A stretch of 64,000 bases of DNA from Utricularia gibba (lineage: Eukaryota; Plantae; Magnoliophyta): NCBI GenBank assembly GCA_002189035.1, contig CM007989.1, positions 3,410,001 through 3,474,000 on the forward strand, read 5' to 3'. Below are positions 13,032 to 25,506 of the stretch, piece by piece; the first letter of the stretch is position 1; each line of letters starts with the position of its first letter. Under the pieces are notes generated by a model. The model was not told the DNA's origin. It did not search any database and saw nothing but the letters and a program-made list of their open reading frames with translations. The position numbers and the translations under genes are program-made.

Positions 13032-14812
13032 ATGGCCAACAAACTCTTACTACCCCTTTTGTTCATTTTCGTGCTCTTCGTTTCTCCGGCCGCCTGTGAC
13101 GGTAGTTGCCCCCCGGAGATCCTGGCAATGTGCGACGGAGCTCCACACAAACGGACGTGTAGAAATGTCATCTTGAAAAATTCCAAGTACTGCACTCCTC
13201 TCGTCGGGAAGTCGGATGTCTTCAAACGGGCTACTCTCTTAGCCCTGGATGAATCCGTCAGTGCTCACGATCGTTTATTGTCTGGTTTCGGGCCGGATTT
13301 TGGCGACGCCAGGGTAAAGGCTGCATGGGACGACTGCACCGAGCTGTACAACAGCACCGTGAGCCGCCTTGCCAAGATCCTAGATACAAACACCAGCTTC
13401 AACGCGGAGGATGCTCAAACATGGCTCAGCGCCGCCATGACGAATCTCGGAACATGCAGGGCGGGATTCAACGATTTCGGGATTATGCCGATGATATCCA
13501 ATGACGTAAGCGTGTTAATCAGTAACGCCCTAGCGTTGAACGACGACTACGTTGTTGATGCCAAGAATGCCAGCGAGGAGAAGGCTCCTCCGAGTTGGGT
13601 ATCACCGCGACACCGGAGGCTTTTTCAGTTATCGGTGAATGCTAAGGCGGATATCGTGGTGGCGCAGGACGGTTCCGGCGACTACAAGACGGTGAATCAG
13701 GCGGTAGCAGCAGCCGGTAGAAGAGCAGGAGGTGGGAGGTTTGTGATCTATGTCAAACAAGGTACGTATAAGGAGAATGTGCTGATCGATAAGAATTTGA
13801 AGAATATAATGTTCGTCGGCGACGGCATCGGAAAGACGATTATCACCGGAAGCCGAAGCGTGGGCACAGGATCCACCTGCTTCAAGTCTGCAACATTTGG
13901 TACGTTTAAAATAAAAAAAAAACTTATTTTGGCGTTAAAAAAAATTATTAGCCTTTCTTTCTGATTTATCCTTTTTAATTATTTTTCATAAAAGTCAACT
14001 AAATAATAAACCTAAAATATAAAAAATAATTAACAAGATTACGTCATGATTAGGACGTGGTGGCGGGAGACAACGACTCCGTTGACCAAAATCAATTGAT
14101 TTGAAGTTCAATTTCTTTACCACTTTTTGCAGCGGTTTACGGGTTCGGATTCATAGCCAAAGGGATAACCTTCCAAAACACCGCCGGGCCGAGAAACCAC
14201 CAGGCGGTGGCGCTCCTTTCAAAGTCCGATCAATCGGTTTTCTACCAATGCAGCTTCGACGGTTTCCAGGACACGCTCTACGTCCATTCAATGCGGCAAT
14301 TCTACCGAGAATGCGACATCTACGGCACCGTCGACTTCATCTTCGGCAACGCCGCCGTGGTACTCCAAAACTGCAACATATACGTCAAAGATCCACCGAA
14401 CTGGACCAACACCATCACCGCGCAGGGGCGCATGGATCCGAAACAGAACACCGGCATTTCGATACAGAGCTGCACTATCAGGGCGGCGACGACGCTCTCT
14501 CCGAATGCGAAAACGTACCTCGGAAGGCCGTGGAGGCAGTATTCACGTACGGTGTTCATGGAATCGGACTTCGGAAGCTTGATTCATCCAGCGGGGTGGT
14601 ATCCGTGGAACGGCAACTTCGCATTGGATACGCTGTACTACGGGGAGTATCGGAATACGGGGCCGAGCGCGTCGACGGCGAATCGGGTGACATGGAAAGG
14701 GTATCATGTGATCACGAGCCCTGCGGTGGCCAGCCAGTTTACGCCGGCGACGTTCATCGACGCCAATGCGTGGTTGCCGGCGGCGAATGTGCCGTTCAGC
14801 GGTGGCCTTTAA
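13032..14812 (+). CDS. Pectin methylesterase with PMEI pro-domain, tandem paralogue. Exons 13032-13899, 14133-14812
   Basis: Same architecture: QTWLSAAMTN, VVAQDGSGDY, QDTLY, GTVDFIFG, YLGRPW; single intron at SATF/A. Confidence 0.95.
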
Positions 14813-15187
14813 GTAATTTCACCTTTTCATTTTATGTTGTTTCGGAATTCGATGGGTGTAAGCAGTTTAAAACTACCGTTGCTAATGACTAAACTACCCT
14901 CCGTCATCATACTTAACCAAAAAATCGAATTTGAAAATTGGTTGATAAAATGTTTGAAAATCGGCTCGAGATATTTTTACAAGTATAGAAAATAACCTGT
15001 AGAAACCTCATCGGAAACCACATAGTTTATGGTCATCAAGCACAAGAAGAAAGGAGCGAATATTTGCAAACTAGGGCTCCGGCGAAGTCTCCATCATCAG
15101 AGCTATCAAAAGCCAGTGAATCTAAAGCTTTACAATTGCCTCTGTCATGGTCTCTGTCTTTCTTAATGCCCAATCTCTGATATTGCT

Positions 15188-16600
15188 CTAGCCTTCATGT
15201 TCATTCATATAAACCTGTGACTGGATTATCGTCTTCCCCACATTGAACCCCGGCACAACTGAGAACCCAACTCTCTTCCCTGTCATCTTTCCTACGGCGG
15301 CTTTGGACAAAACATCCTCCATGTACACAGCGGAGTACTCTGTGCCTGTGGACACCTGGAATATCTTGACCGTGGGGCTAAAAGAGTAGGCCAACTTGTG
15401 AAGCAGCCATATTGAGCTTGTCATTCTCACAAAGGACTCATAGAACACAGGCAATGACTTCCATGACTCCAGGACCTTCCCCTTCCTGTCCAAATGGCTG
15501 AAAATGGATGATTCGATTGTGGGGTGAATGAGTTTCTCGTACTTTCTTGCGCAAAACCGGGAGAAGTCACTATCTGGATTCCCCTTGATGATATCCATGG
15601 GATTACTAGCAACATGCTCAATTAGATGCTTGAGGTAATCACTGATCCCAGTAGCAGTCCCACCATTTTCCAAGCTTCCATTAGATATGGTTCCTCGGTC
15701 GGTTAATCCGAAATCGCTCCGATCAAATTCTTGGAACATGCCCATAGAAACATATGACAAAAAAGCAAAACGAAAGTGACCCTCTTTAGAATATGCCACT
15801 CCAGAATAAATGCAACTAGCAGCTTCAATCAAATCCCAGCCAGCCCCTCTCATCAATCCAATCAACATCTTGGTAAAATAACGCAAGGATTTCAAACAGT
15901 CACGCAGCATTGCTTCAAAAACACGAACAGTTAACAAAATTCCCATGAAAGTCGCATCCCCATCTATTGAATCCAATTTCTGAAGTAAATTAGCATTCGA
16001 ACTTCGGACGGCTTCAAAGTTTTTTCTCAAATTTTTTACCTCGAAGCACTTTATTTCAATCTGGGATTGCAAGGAATTCACAGTCATTTCCAGTACCCTA
16101 AGCTTGCTCTGATTCTCCTGCACCTGGTACTCCAAAAACGACCCGGCTGGAAAATCAAAAGTAACAATCGAATCCACATTCCTACTCTTCGAATTCATGT
16201 AAACTTTTTTCATCTCAGTAAATTTTTGAAGGATGGAGATTATGGATCTATCAACAGATTCCAGGGCATCTTGGTCCACTTCCGGCACATGGGCAGCCTG
16301 AAACTGTAAATAAGAAGCTTCCAACGAAGCCAACGTCGCAAAAAGCGACGGAATTAAAGCTCCAATCACCTGAGTGCGGTCAATTTCCCGCCCACACACC
16401 GAATCAGGCTTGACGACGACAACCCTCTGGTCGGGGATGAATTCCTCAGCGGAATCGACATGCTTGGTGGCATCGTCATCAGAATCCTCTTCCACGAAGA
16501 GCTCGTACGTCTTAGCTTTGACAGCGAGAGCGAATTTCTGGAACATATCGGAGATTTGCTGCGGTTGCTTCGACGACGCGCCGCCGTCCATCTCAACCAT
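15188..16600 (-). CDS. DUF641 / GRAVITROPIC IN THE LIGHT 1-like coiled-coil protein, intronless, about 470 aa
   Basis: Long clean ORF with LFATLASLEASYLQFQAAHVP (DUF641 core), a coiled coil, FSRFCARKY..LIHP, IWLLHKLAYSF and VGFSVVPGF.VG.TIIQSQVY. Confidence 0.85.
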   Translation of the reverse strand: MVEMDGGASSKQPQQISDMFQKFALAVKAKTYELFVEEDSDDDATKHVDSAEEFIPDQRVVVVKPDSVCGREIDRTQVIGALIPSLFATLASLEASYLQFQAAHVPEVDQDALESVDRSIISILQKFTEMKKVYMNSKSRNVDSIVTFDFPAGSFLEYQVQENQSKLRVLEMTVNSLQSQIEIKCFEVKNLRKNFEAVRSSNANLLQKLDSIDGDATFMGILLTVRVFEAMLRDCLKSLRYFTKMLIGLMRGAGWDLIEAASCIYSGVAYSKEGHFRFAFLSYVSMGMFQEFDRSDFGLTDRGTISNGSLENGGTATGISDYLKHLIEHVASNPMDIIKGNPDSDFSRFCARKYEKLIHPTIESSIFSHLDRKGKVLESWKSLPVFYESFVRMTSSIWLLHKLAYSFSPTVKIFQVSTGTEYSAVYMEDVLSKAAVGKMTGKRVGFSVVPGFNVGKTIIQSQVYMNEHEG

Positions 16601-17826
16601 AGATCGTAATACATACAAAATCGAGAAAAAAGGAAGGAATCGGAGATTGCTCCCGCTGTGGGCTTCGATTGAAAATTCCTTGCTTCCGATGGCGCTTCAA
16701 GGAAGGAATGTCAAAGCGAAATTCTCTGCCAGCTTCGAGCAGTTCTTCCTAAAAGTGAGAACCCCAGATGTACAAAATGGTGCTACACTGCTCACGGCTT
16801 TAAAATAATTTTGTTTGAAAAGTACACATTCATTTTTTCCCGAAAAAAAACAATTAACTTTTTTCAAGGTAGAATATCAAAATGCAAAAATATAACCTAA
16901 ATAGATATAATTAACTGTATAATATTTAAAAAAAAATTAAAAAATCTAAAACTATCAATTTTATTATGTTTTTCATCAATAACTTTACAATTTATTTTAA
17001 TATTTCTTAAATATTCTTTCAAGTTTTAAAGAATATCATAATCTATCTTTTTTCTGATACGATATTATTTACTTTGATTATCTATCTTTTATGTTTTATC
17101 ATTATGATAAAAATATCTTATGTAAATTTTGAAGAATTCTTCTATTTAAATATCACTTATTGGTGTTACCAAGTCACAAGACCCTCATTCGTATTTATTT
17201 TATTGATATTATAATAAATATAATGATAAATTATTTATCATGTGAATTCATATTTTCAAATTCACTTATTTTTGAATAAATTTATTCCATTCACTTTAAA
17301 TTAAAGCATATTACAAAATTAGTTCTTAGGAAGATAATTAACCTAACAACACACTAATTTACTCAAATTAAACCTAAGCTAATCAATTGTTTGGAAGCCC
17401 TAGTGGAGTCGATACCAGCAATGTACAGCCAATACCTTAGCTTTTAAATTATTGGCACATTAATATAATGTGATTTTATTTTTATTTAGTTGGCGTTTTA
17501 TGCGAATAATGGAGTGGATAATGCAGATGAATCAGCAATTATTGTGATAAAATAATATAATATATTTTTGGATGAGGCCAAGAAGCCCATCAATGATTCG
17601 GTCTTTACTCTTGCCAATTTTGTTGACGTCTATGGATCGAATTGTGTTTCCAAATTTGTTGATTGTATACGAGAGAAGAGAAGAGGAGGGGGGGGTGAAT
17701 CCAGGGAAGAGATACGTTCGGTGATTCATCGGCGGCAAGCTGGAGGACCCATCGACGCGCTTCATTGTTTGAAAATCTAGCTTCCGTTCCTCCCATTTCC
17801 GATCGAGTTCTGGGATTCGCACAAAA

Positions 17827-19430
17827 ATGAGCATTGGGGAATTTCTCGGGATTCACCCGTCGGAACTTAAATTCCCATGTGCGTCTTTAATGATGTTTTT
17901 ATGTGGGTTTTGTGAAGAGCCAACCAGGGATTAGGAAAAAATGGAGCTTTTTCTTGTTTCTTTGTTCGCAGGACGTCATGTATATTTGATATTCAATTGG
18001 GCCTTTTTTGCCCGTCACTGGTTGATTTTTTTATTAGCTCTATTAGAAAATTACGCTAGGCTTGCCGGTCGTAAAATAATGAGTCTGTGATGGGTTTTGA
18101 GTAATTTCTTCTTTGTTATGAATGCAGATGAATTGAGGAAGCAGAGTTCTTGTTCTATGCAGTTGGCTAACAAAACGGACCATTATATTGCTTTTAAGGT
18201 AAATTCTTGACTGAAGATACATAAGTTCCCTTTCAATTCAGTAAGTTGCAGATTACTTCATTGGCTGTTTGATGATTTTTGGATGAAAAAGGTCAAAACA
18301 ACCAACCCGAAGAGGTACTCTGTTCGTCCAAACACCGGTGTTGTGTTACCCCATTCTCTCTGCAATGTGACAGGTAGAAAATTTTTTTGAAAAAGCCAGA
18401 GCTTTTGATACACACTTTTTCTCCCAATAAGCTCAAATTTTGTTGCTCCTTTGTGTATGCATTGATCAGTTACAATGCAAGCTCCAAAGGAGGCCCCTCT
18501 CGATATGGTATGTAGGGATAAATTTATGGTTCAGAGTGTTATTGTTCCAGAGGGAACGACAATGAAGGACTTGGCCAACAAGTTGGTGAGTTGGAATTGC
18601 TGAACCTTGTGCAAAAACCAGGAGAACCCAGAGTGAATGACTAAGGAGGTTTATCTTCATCTGTTTCAGTTTGATAAGCAGGATGGAAAGGTTGTTGAGG
18701 AGTTTAGACTGAGAGTTATATATGTTCCTGCTAGCCGTCCCCCGACAGTGGCCGAAGAGGATGAAGAAGGAATGTCTGCGGGAACTTCATCTGCTGAGGA
18801 TGAGATTGTGGTACCTTCTGAGTCTGTAAGTATCATACCATCATCATTCCATTCCATGTATGGAGTAACTTTAGGTGCTGGTCTTACATTTCTGGGGGTT
18901 CAGGTTCTTGAATCCGTTTAACTGAATCAGTAGAATAGTTAGAGAATATATGAATAAATGAGCAAGATGCTTCACTCTAGCTAGCAGTTGCTGAGAAGGT
19001 TAACCATTGGAAACTTGGTGTCTCCACACCACTCTCTTGCTGTATTATTCCTTTTTTTCACAATACAAGATAACACTGCATGTTGCTGCTAGACAATCGT
19101 TTCATTCACGACGTTTGTATTGCAGAAGCGATCCTTGATCACAAAGCTGGAAGAGGAGAAGGCTTCCATTCTAGAACAGAACGAGAAACTCCTTCAGGAA
19201 CTGGTATCCTCTCATCTCCACTACACATTTATTCAGTAGATCATCCTCTGAGAACAACTAGGCTGCAAAAATGCCGACTTTTAATCAAACGCCATTCCGA
19301 TGCAGGAGTTACTTCAGGAACACGGGGAAGGCGGCGAGTTAGCGTTTTGATTCTGTTCGAGATGTTGGCTTTGGTCGTTTGTGGTGTATGGATTGGATAC
19401 CTGATCACGAATTCATGCTCCCCTGCCTGA
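17827..19430 (+). CDS. Vesicle-associated protein (VAP27/VAMP-associated, MSP domain). Exons 17827-17878, 18128-18198, 18292-18373, 18470-18585, 18670-18825, possible 18904-18915, 19126-19203, 19306-19430; last exon has a 1-nt frame break
   Basis: MSP motifs ELKFP, IAFKVKTTNPKRYSVRPNTG, VTMQAPKEAP, CRDKF; coiled coil LITKLEEEK...LLQEL; hydrophobic tail anchor VLILFEMLALVVCGVWIGYLI. Confidence 0.88.
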
Positions 19431-19720
19431 ACTGTGAGAGCGTCATCAATTTTCCCTTGAGGGCGCGCGCGGTACGCCACGATCGATGCAATGGCATCCC
19501 GGCCGAGGGCTCGCGCCGCCGTGCCGATTTCTTGTATAATGATGGGATTGTTTTTGGTAAAGAAAAGCGTCGAGCTTACGCAGCCATGGGAAGGAAAAAC
19601 AACTATGCCATTATTTCCGTAAAGGAAAATTTGATCTAAGCAGCCAAGCGCTCTTTTTTGAAAGGAAAAACATGGAGGGGATAGCGAGCGCCATGGAAAT
19701 ACGATCATATTTCATCGAGC

Positions 19721-19906
19721 CTATCCAGCCAAGGTGCCGGTACCTCCAGGCGCCGCCGTTGCAGCAGCGTCGTCTTGGACGTTGACCTTCTTCTGATTGC
19801 ACTTCTTCTTCCAGTCGCGCATGGAACAGTTGCCGGAGCTTCGACCAATAAATGCTCCTCCGATCACTCCGACCACCAGAACGCCAGCGTATTTCAGCAG
19901 CCCCAT
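19721..19906 (-). CDS. Candidate 61-aa single-pass membrane microprotein (unknown family)
   Basis: Strong start context (AGG ATG G); Gly-rich hydrophobic segment LLKYAGVLVVGVIGGAFIG followed by a basic stretch; third codon positions strongly G/C in this frame; GC-rich island between AT-rich flanks. Confidence 0.45.
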   Translation of the reverse strand: MGLLKYAGVLVVGVIGGAFIGRSSGNCSMRDWKKKCNQKKVNVQDDAAATAAPGGTGTLAG

Positions 19907-21088
19907 CCTTCCAAACGATTACCAAATCCCTTCTGCCTTCTTCCACCACCATGAGCGATTCAAGCAACTTATGTAGAACTCCCCTGGCGTCTTACTCAAG
20001 AAATCGCCACTTTTTTCCCATCACCATTAAATTAGAGCTTTCCCCTGGTCCAAGAATCCCCCCCCCCCCCCCCCAGATGTAATAATGTCTGTCTATCCGG
20101 GTCGGGTATGATCCGTATCCACTCGATCCGACCGACCACAAATACCGTACTAGTTAAATTTGCCTCATGAAATTAAAATAATAGGAATTATTATTGTGTG
20201 GGGTTGGGTACAATCCCAATTAGCCTGGGCAATAGTTTATATTGATGGCTATGGGGCATGATGTGTGGTTAGGAATACGCCTACCGCCAATAATTCCATC
20301 TTTATTCAAATTAAATTTATATCTAGCGTCAATAAATTAATTAGGTATCAAATTATTTGAATCCGTTTCTAATGTACTAAAAATAGGATGCTCATGACTT
20401 CCTAATTTAGGGTGTGAGAAAAGAAAACCCATGATTTTATTCGATATTTGGAAATTCATTTTTTTTAATTCTCTAAAATTAGTGGGGCTACAAATCGTAG
20501 TCTATTTTTGAAAATTAACTATTTAAATTTTCTTTTTCACATATTAAGATCAATTTTTTATGCATAAAATGTTTATTTTTCTAACATACTAAAAAAAGTA
20601 ATATTTGTTTTTATAATATATAGTCCACAGTGGTCGTCGTGAACATTTATTTCCTAAAGTTTCAAAATTAGGTTTTTTTTTTATCAATTTGGTATTTGTT
20701 AATTTTTTTTATTCTTTTGAATTATCATCTGTTGATAGAGAGAGATGAGGGAAGGGAAGCCGGGCATTTTACTGCTTTTTTAAGTTGCACGCATCCATGG
20801 AATGGACAGGTAAGGTAGAGGAGGAGGAGGAGGAAGGAAACTTCGAGGGCGAATGGGGGGTGCCATTTCTTCTTCCTGTTGTAATCAAGAAGAGGGAACC
20901 GCTTCGGAATTTGGTTTCCCCATTTTGTCAGAGAGGCGCTGCTTGATTCAGCTGGGGAGATTTGTTTGAGTAGATGAAAACACCCATTTCTGAAACTGGT
21001 TTGGAAGTGGATTCACGTGTTTTCTTTCCTGTGGACTTGGTTTCTTTCCGTTCTTGTTTCTGGGTGGGATTTCATTTTCGCTTCTTAG

Positions 21089-23346
21089 ATGAAGGGAATG
21101 CCCTTGTCCTTTGAATTTGAGGGGAGGGGGTCTTGGACTTGGAATTGATTGTGAAAAATCGAGGTTTTTTCGGGGATAGTGGTGTTTGTTGTGTTGATTT
21201 GGCTGAAAGAAACTGTTTATTCAGTGGTTTTGGTGAGCCTACTTCTGTTCTGGATCCTGTTAGGCCCACATCTTCCTCTAATCTGTCTTCGTCTCTCGGG
21301 GGCGCCGGCGGGGTTTGCCGTGCTGGTTCTGCCGACACGGCTGGGGTGGCGGCAGTTTCGGAGGCAAACCCAAATAGTAAATGGCAGCAAGACTCCACTA
21401 CTGCTACGAGCTCCAATGTTGGAAGAATTGACTCGGGGTTTGTTCCCGTTGCTCCATCCCCGGAGATCGGACCCCCTGCCGGAGGAAGCTCGGAGAAATT
21501 TTCCATGGAAGATTGGGAGAGCGTGCTCTCGGAATCAGCCGCTGTTTCTCCCACCCAAGAGCAGGACATTCTCCGGTGGATCATGGGCGATGTTGAGGAA
21601 CCTGCTCTGGGTAATCCGAACAATGGCGATGTTTTTCCGGCGGGTGAATCCGAATTTAGTGGTGGTTACACGGCTGCGGATCAGGCTTTTGGTGGAGAAA
21701 ACCCTTTAACCACCAGTTTCATTTCCACTCTTCCAATCTACCCCAGTAACAGCAGATCCAGCTCTGATAAGATTGGCATGGCTGGGAATTTCAAGTGTTC
21801 TCCCAATTCCCAGAGCATTGTTCATCCCTGCAACAATTCTGGATCCGTACCTGTCCATCATCAAACTTCGTTTGATTACTGTACTGATATAAAGCCTCCT
21901 TTCTTCGGTTCTAGCCTACTCGCCAATCAGCCTTCTCAAAATCCTCCCTTATTTTCTTTGTCGTTCTCCGAGGGGCAGCAGCAGAGTATGCTCCATTTGC
22001 CTCCTCCCAAACGGCACAACTCCGGTGGACCGGAGTATGGACACCGTGGCATTTCTGGACAGACATCAAAAGGGTCTTTTGTGGATTCAAGGCAGCGGGA
22101 ATTTTACATGGGAGGGCAGTCATTGGATCTTCAGCAGCAGTTTCTTCATCAGTTTCAGCTTCTACCACATTATCTACACCAAGGGTCAATTCAACAAGAG
22201 GAGAAGCCAAAACTAGGTATTGGTGACGAATTAGGATCTTCTCATCAGCAACAGCAACAGGCGATGGTTGATCAACTCTACAAGGCGGCAGAGCTCGCCC
22301 AAAGTGGGAATCTGGTACTCGCAGATGGGATATTGGCGCGGCTCAATCACCAGCTCTCCCCCAATGGTAAGCCTTTTCAAAGAGCTGCCTTTTACTGCAA
22401 GGAGGCGCTGCAGTTGCTCCTCCATTGCACAAGCAACAACATGGATGATCCGTCTTCAGCATGTTCGTCACCCATTAGCTTTGTTTATAAGATCGCTGCT
22501 TACAAGTCCTTCTTGGAGATATCCCCCCTTGGGCAGTTTGTTAACTTCACTTGCAATCAAGCCCTCCTTGAAGCTTTGGAGGGTTTTGATAGAATCCATA
22601 TTGTTGATTTTGATATCGGTTATGGTGGGCTATGGGCTTCTCTGTTGCAGGAGCTTGCAGTGAGGAGTGGAGGCCCTCCTTCTTTGAAGATCACTGCAAT
22701 GGCCTCCCCCTCAGCACATAATCAGCTAGAACTTGGTTTGACTCGAGAAAGCCTGATTCAATTTGCTAACGAGATCAATGTATCACTTGAGTTTGAAGTC
22801 ATGAGCGTTGATTTATTGAGTTCTGGTTCTTGGTTATTGCCAGAGAACGAGGCAGTTGCTGTCAATCTTCCAGTAGGTTCTCTTGCCGATTATCAGTTTT
22901 CAATGCCATTGGTTCTCAGGTTTGTTAAGCAACTAGCCCCAAAAATCGTTCTGTCTGTGGACGGAGGTTGCTATCGGACAGATCTTTCCTTTGCCAACCA
23001 TGTGATTCATGCTCTTCAGTCTTATTCAAACCTACTGGAGTCTCTTGATGCTGCTAATGCTCATACAGATGCCCTGCAAAAGATCGAGAAGTTCTTGCTC
23101 CAACCAGGAATTGAACGAATCATGACAGGCCGTTTCCGTTCCCCAGAGAAGACACAGCACTGGAGGTCTATGGCTTTAGCTGCTGGTTTCTCTCCGGTTG
23201 CATTCAGCAATTTAGCAGAATCCCAAGCAGAATGCATCATCAAGAGATTCCCGGTTCGAGGTTTTCAGATTGAGAAGCGGCAATCATCACTCTTTCTTTG
23301 CTGGCAAAGGAAGGAACTCATCTCTGCTTCAGCCTGGAAATGCTGA
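21089..23346 (+). CDS. HAM: GRAS transcription factor, HAM/SCL6 (LOM) clade, intronless; apparent 1-nt frameshift near codon 14
   Basis: MKGMPLSFEFEGRG(V)LD N-terminus, EPTSVLD, EDWESVL, LRWIMGDVE, ILARLNHQLSP, VHIID-equivalent RIHIVDFDIG, C-terminal LISASAWKC; perfect miR171 site. Confidence 0.93.
22329..22349 (+). promoter_or_regulatory. miR171 target site
   Basis: GATATTGGCGCGGCTCAATCA is the exact reverse complement of miR171 UGAUUGAGCCGCGCCAAUAUC, at the conserved ILARLN position of HAM genes. Confidence 0.95.
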
Positions 23347-24326
23347 TTGATCCATGAGTGTATGAGCTTGATGCCTTCAGTCTTTGTTCTGTTGCTAATT
23401 TTGTCAAGAAGCTCAGTCCTACTGATACCCTAATCCTTCTTGTGTGGATCTGTGTAACATTCTATAATTCACCATTTTGCTATGCCTTTTTTTCTGTAAC
23501 TTTTTGGTGATCTTACAGCCACACTTCACCTGCTTTAGCTCAGCTGCTCTCACGAGTCTCTGATCCACATCTAATCCACCATTTTTTCGTTCTGGATGTC
23601 CGAATACAGTAGCTAAACGATTTTCTCTCATCACTGGATTTAACACCAACTTGTGAGGAACAGGTTTTGGCACTTGGAGACATGTAGTGGACAAAACAGT
23701 CGCAGAGAAACTGTGAAACGCCAAGCAACAACTGCTGTCACAAGAATAATCAGATGGTGGACCAGGAGACATTCCAGAGCATCCGATGATGGTTCAAACA
23801 GCAACTTCCCCCGTGAATCTGATTTCCCCTTCACAAGGTTACAAGATTTGATTTTGTACTCCACCAACCTGCCACAAAAACACATTGATACACCAATCAT
23901 TCTGTTGTTAGATTCCGAGCAACTCCATGTCTATTTGCCATCGTTTATTGCTTGTTTGTTTTTTTTTTTTTTTTTTTTTTTTGTCATCGAAAGATCAAGG
24001 GAAATAAAATGATCCCGGCTTGTTATATCGAAAGAAACCAGAAATGTGCAGGTTGCACTCATCATCTTCTTCACCTCTGAATCTGATCCACTAAAAAACG
24101 GCTTCATGGTTCCCCTCATGACTGCCTACTCCATTTACCGCATGTTCAATATACTCAGTGATCTGTTTGGGTGTGTTGGTTTCTCACATACCGCCAGAGA
24201 TATTGAGGTTTCTGCTGGTTCGAGGGAGGCTTTCCAGGTCAGGGTATACTGTGTTGTGCCGCTTTGATGAGGCCCAAGCAATCAAACCCATGCATGAACA
24301 GAACAAGGCTGTCACTTGTATCTTGA

Positions 24327-25101
<775 letters not shown>

Positions 25102-25506
25102 TCAAATAAATAAGAATCGAGTCTCCACTTGTCCAATTTCCACGCAATTTCGCTGCTATATTCTCTTGCAGCATCGTACTTGAATTTGCTTCCTCGTAAT
25201 GAAATTCATCGTATTCAGTCCTACTTAAGGGGTGTTCACACTAGAGACAAACTTCTCAAGCAGCTAGATAACCATAAATAAAACATATTCCACCCTACTG
25301 CTGTCCGTATACCGTAAGGCTGGCGTATGGGATGTCTGGATGCCTGTAGTTGGCACGTTGCTATCTAGACAAGTCGCCATTTCACACAGATTAGAAATTC
25401 ACCCCCGCCCGGGGAGCCATGCCGCGATTTTCCTTGTCACAGAAACTTTTATTTAAATGGTGAGAAAGTTCTTCGAGGTGGAGTAGGAGCCAGGAGGAAG
25501 AAGAAG

